Positions 39,948 through 43,585 of a stretch of 43,585 nucleotides of DNA are shown piece by piece (positions within the stretch are counted from its first letter, which is position 1; the number at the start of each line of letters is the position of its first letter). The DNA comes from an uncultured delta proteobacterium (GTDB lineage: Bacteria > Myxococcota > Myxococcia > Myxococcales > Anaeromyxobacteraceae), in contig CAWHDZ010000033.1 in assembly GCA_963828255.1 (NCBI GenBank), positions 1 to 43,585 on the forward strand. Reading direction: 5' to 3'. The notes below the pieces were generated by a model that worked only from the letters and a program-made list of their open reading frames with translations, ran no database searches and was not told the DNA's origin. The translations under genes were made by a program, and so were the position numbers.

Positions 39948-40526
39948 CTACCCCAGGAACGGCCGGATGGCGGCCACGACGAGGGCGCTCACCCGGGCGT
40001 TCTCCCGCATCCACTCCGCGTGTGCGTCGGGCCCGACCCGGTTGGCGACGCCCAGGACCGCGGCCGCAGGACCCCCCGCCGCGGCGCAGGCCGCCAGCAC
40101 CCCGGTGAGCTCCAGGTGCTCCGCCGTGGCGACCCGGGAGAGGGACCGCGCTCCCGCCTCGGTGAGGGTGACGGCGGGCGGGACGGCGACGTCGTGGGCG
40201 GGGAGCGGCACGACCCAGGTGGCCGGCCTACGGCAAACCTCCGCCGCCGGGCGGTAGGCGCGCCCCTCCACCTCCTCGACCGAGGTGGCGATGGCCCGCG
40301 CCGCCGAGAGGACGTCGCCCACCGCGAGCCGACCGTCGTAGGCCCCGCAGGTTCCCACGAAGAGCAGGCGGGCCGGCCGGTGCTCCCGGAGCAGGCGGGA
40401 GGTCTCGACCGCGGCGGTGATGGCCCCGATGCCGGAGGTGGCGACGACCCAGCCGGCCGGAGGCTCGCGGTCGAGCCCGGAGAGCTCGGGAGCGAACGCC
40501 GAGAGCAGGAGGGACGGGGCGCTCAT
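39948..40526 (-). CDS. Nucleosidase-fold protein, copy 2
   Basis: 192 aa with 3 residue differences from copy 1. Confidence 0.75.
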   Translation of the reverse strand: MSAPSLLLSAFAPELSGLDREPPAGWVVATSGIGAITAAVETSRLLREHRPARLLFVGTCGAYDGRLAVGDVLSAARAIATSVEEVEGRAYRPAAEVCRRPATWVVPLPAHDVAVPPAVTLTEAGARSLSRVATAEHLELTGVLAACAAAGGPAAAVLGVANRVGPDAHAEWMRENARVSALVVAAIRPFLG

Positions 40527-40588
40527 CCTGACCTGGGCTCATCCCACGGGAGGACGGGGGGGTGCAAGCCCGCCCCGGCGCCCGGCCG

Positions 40589-40928
40589 CTACAGGACGTC
40601 GTCACCCCGCTCCCCGGTGCGCACCCGGATCGCCTCCTCCACGGGCACGACGAAGACCTTCCCGTCACCGATGCGCCCGGTCCCCACCGCCCTCTGGAGG
40701 ACGTCGAGGAGGCGCGGGACGAGGGAGCTGGGGACGACCACCTCGACCTTCAGCTTGGGGCGGAAGTCGATGGAGTACTCGGCGCCCCGGGTCAATCTCG
40801 CCGTGCCCGCGCTGCCTGCCGTAGCCCTTCACCTCGGTCACGGTCAGCCCCTCGACCCCCCACGCCGCGAACGCGTTCTTCAGGGTCTCCAGCCGTGACG
40901 GCTGGATGACGGCCTCAATCTTGGTCAC
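40589..40928 (-). pseudogene. glnB: P-II copy 2, +1 frameshift at about 40791-40794
   Basis: GGGTCAATC here versus GGTAGATC in copy 1 splits the gene into two ORFs. Confidence 0.85.
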
Positions 40929-41101
40929 GCCTCACCTCCGGCAGCCTTGGGCTGCAAGGGCCGCGCCGCGTCGCCGGCATCGGGCTGCGCAATCGCGCGG
41001 CGAACCGGGGGCACCGGCTGCCCACTCCCCGGGCAGCCGGTGCCAGGATCCCAGGCAGCTCCCCGGCCGCAGCGCCGACGGCAGCCGGCGCCCGCCGCGG
41101 T

Positions 41102-43493
<2,392 letters not shown>

Positions 43494-43585
43494 GGTCTTG
43501 GCGACGATGCTCGCCCGGACCGCCCCCCGGCGGAAGTCCATGATCCACCGACGTCGGGCGGAATCTGACAGCCCCTCTTGGGGGG

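Noticed and set aside
43565..43585. Terminal 21 nt (CTGACAGCCCCTCTTGGGGGG) as an IS end or att site explaining the duplication
   Set aside because: Too short; I found no partner repeat and no transposase or integrase in the window.

Overview
Very GC-rich bacterial chromosomal segment. Gene content and style suggest an Anaeromyxobacter-like member of the Myxococcota (inference). About 40 densely packed genes are present: PP2C phosphatase, recN, NAD kinase, rarA, a sigma54 two-component pair, a circularly permuted ATP-grasp ligase coupled to a degenerate GGDEF protein, pduO-type adenosyltransferase, A-type Fe-S carrier, fabI, mobA, DsbA, a frameshifted Cys-rich lipoprotein, a J-domain protein, oxyR, a GT9 heptosyltransferase, a kdsB-kdnB-kdnA (Kdo8N) cluster, an MFS transporter, a DUF748-like protein, and a LysR gene coupled to a secreted patatin. 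The last 9 kb is a near-identical ~4.5 kb tandem duplication (fdhD, nucleosidase, P-II, PAS hybrid kinase). Its junction fuses fdhD in frame to the kinase, and the second copy carries indels and G>A changes concentrated at GATC, so it may be real amplification or a long-read artefact. Best candidates for undescribed biology: (1) a J-domain co-chaperone carrying four MshEN-like c-di-GMP-binding repeats, (2) an ATP-grasp ligase translationally coupled to an I-site-only GGDEF protein, (3) Kdo8N LPS genes in this lineage, and (4) pervasive leaderless-type TANNNT promoters. No rRNA, tRNA, CRISPR array or transposase was recognised. All family assignments come from motif recognition by eye; no searches were run.
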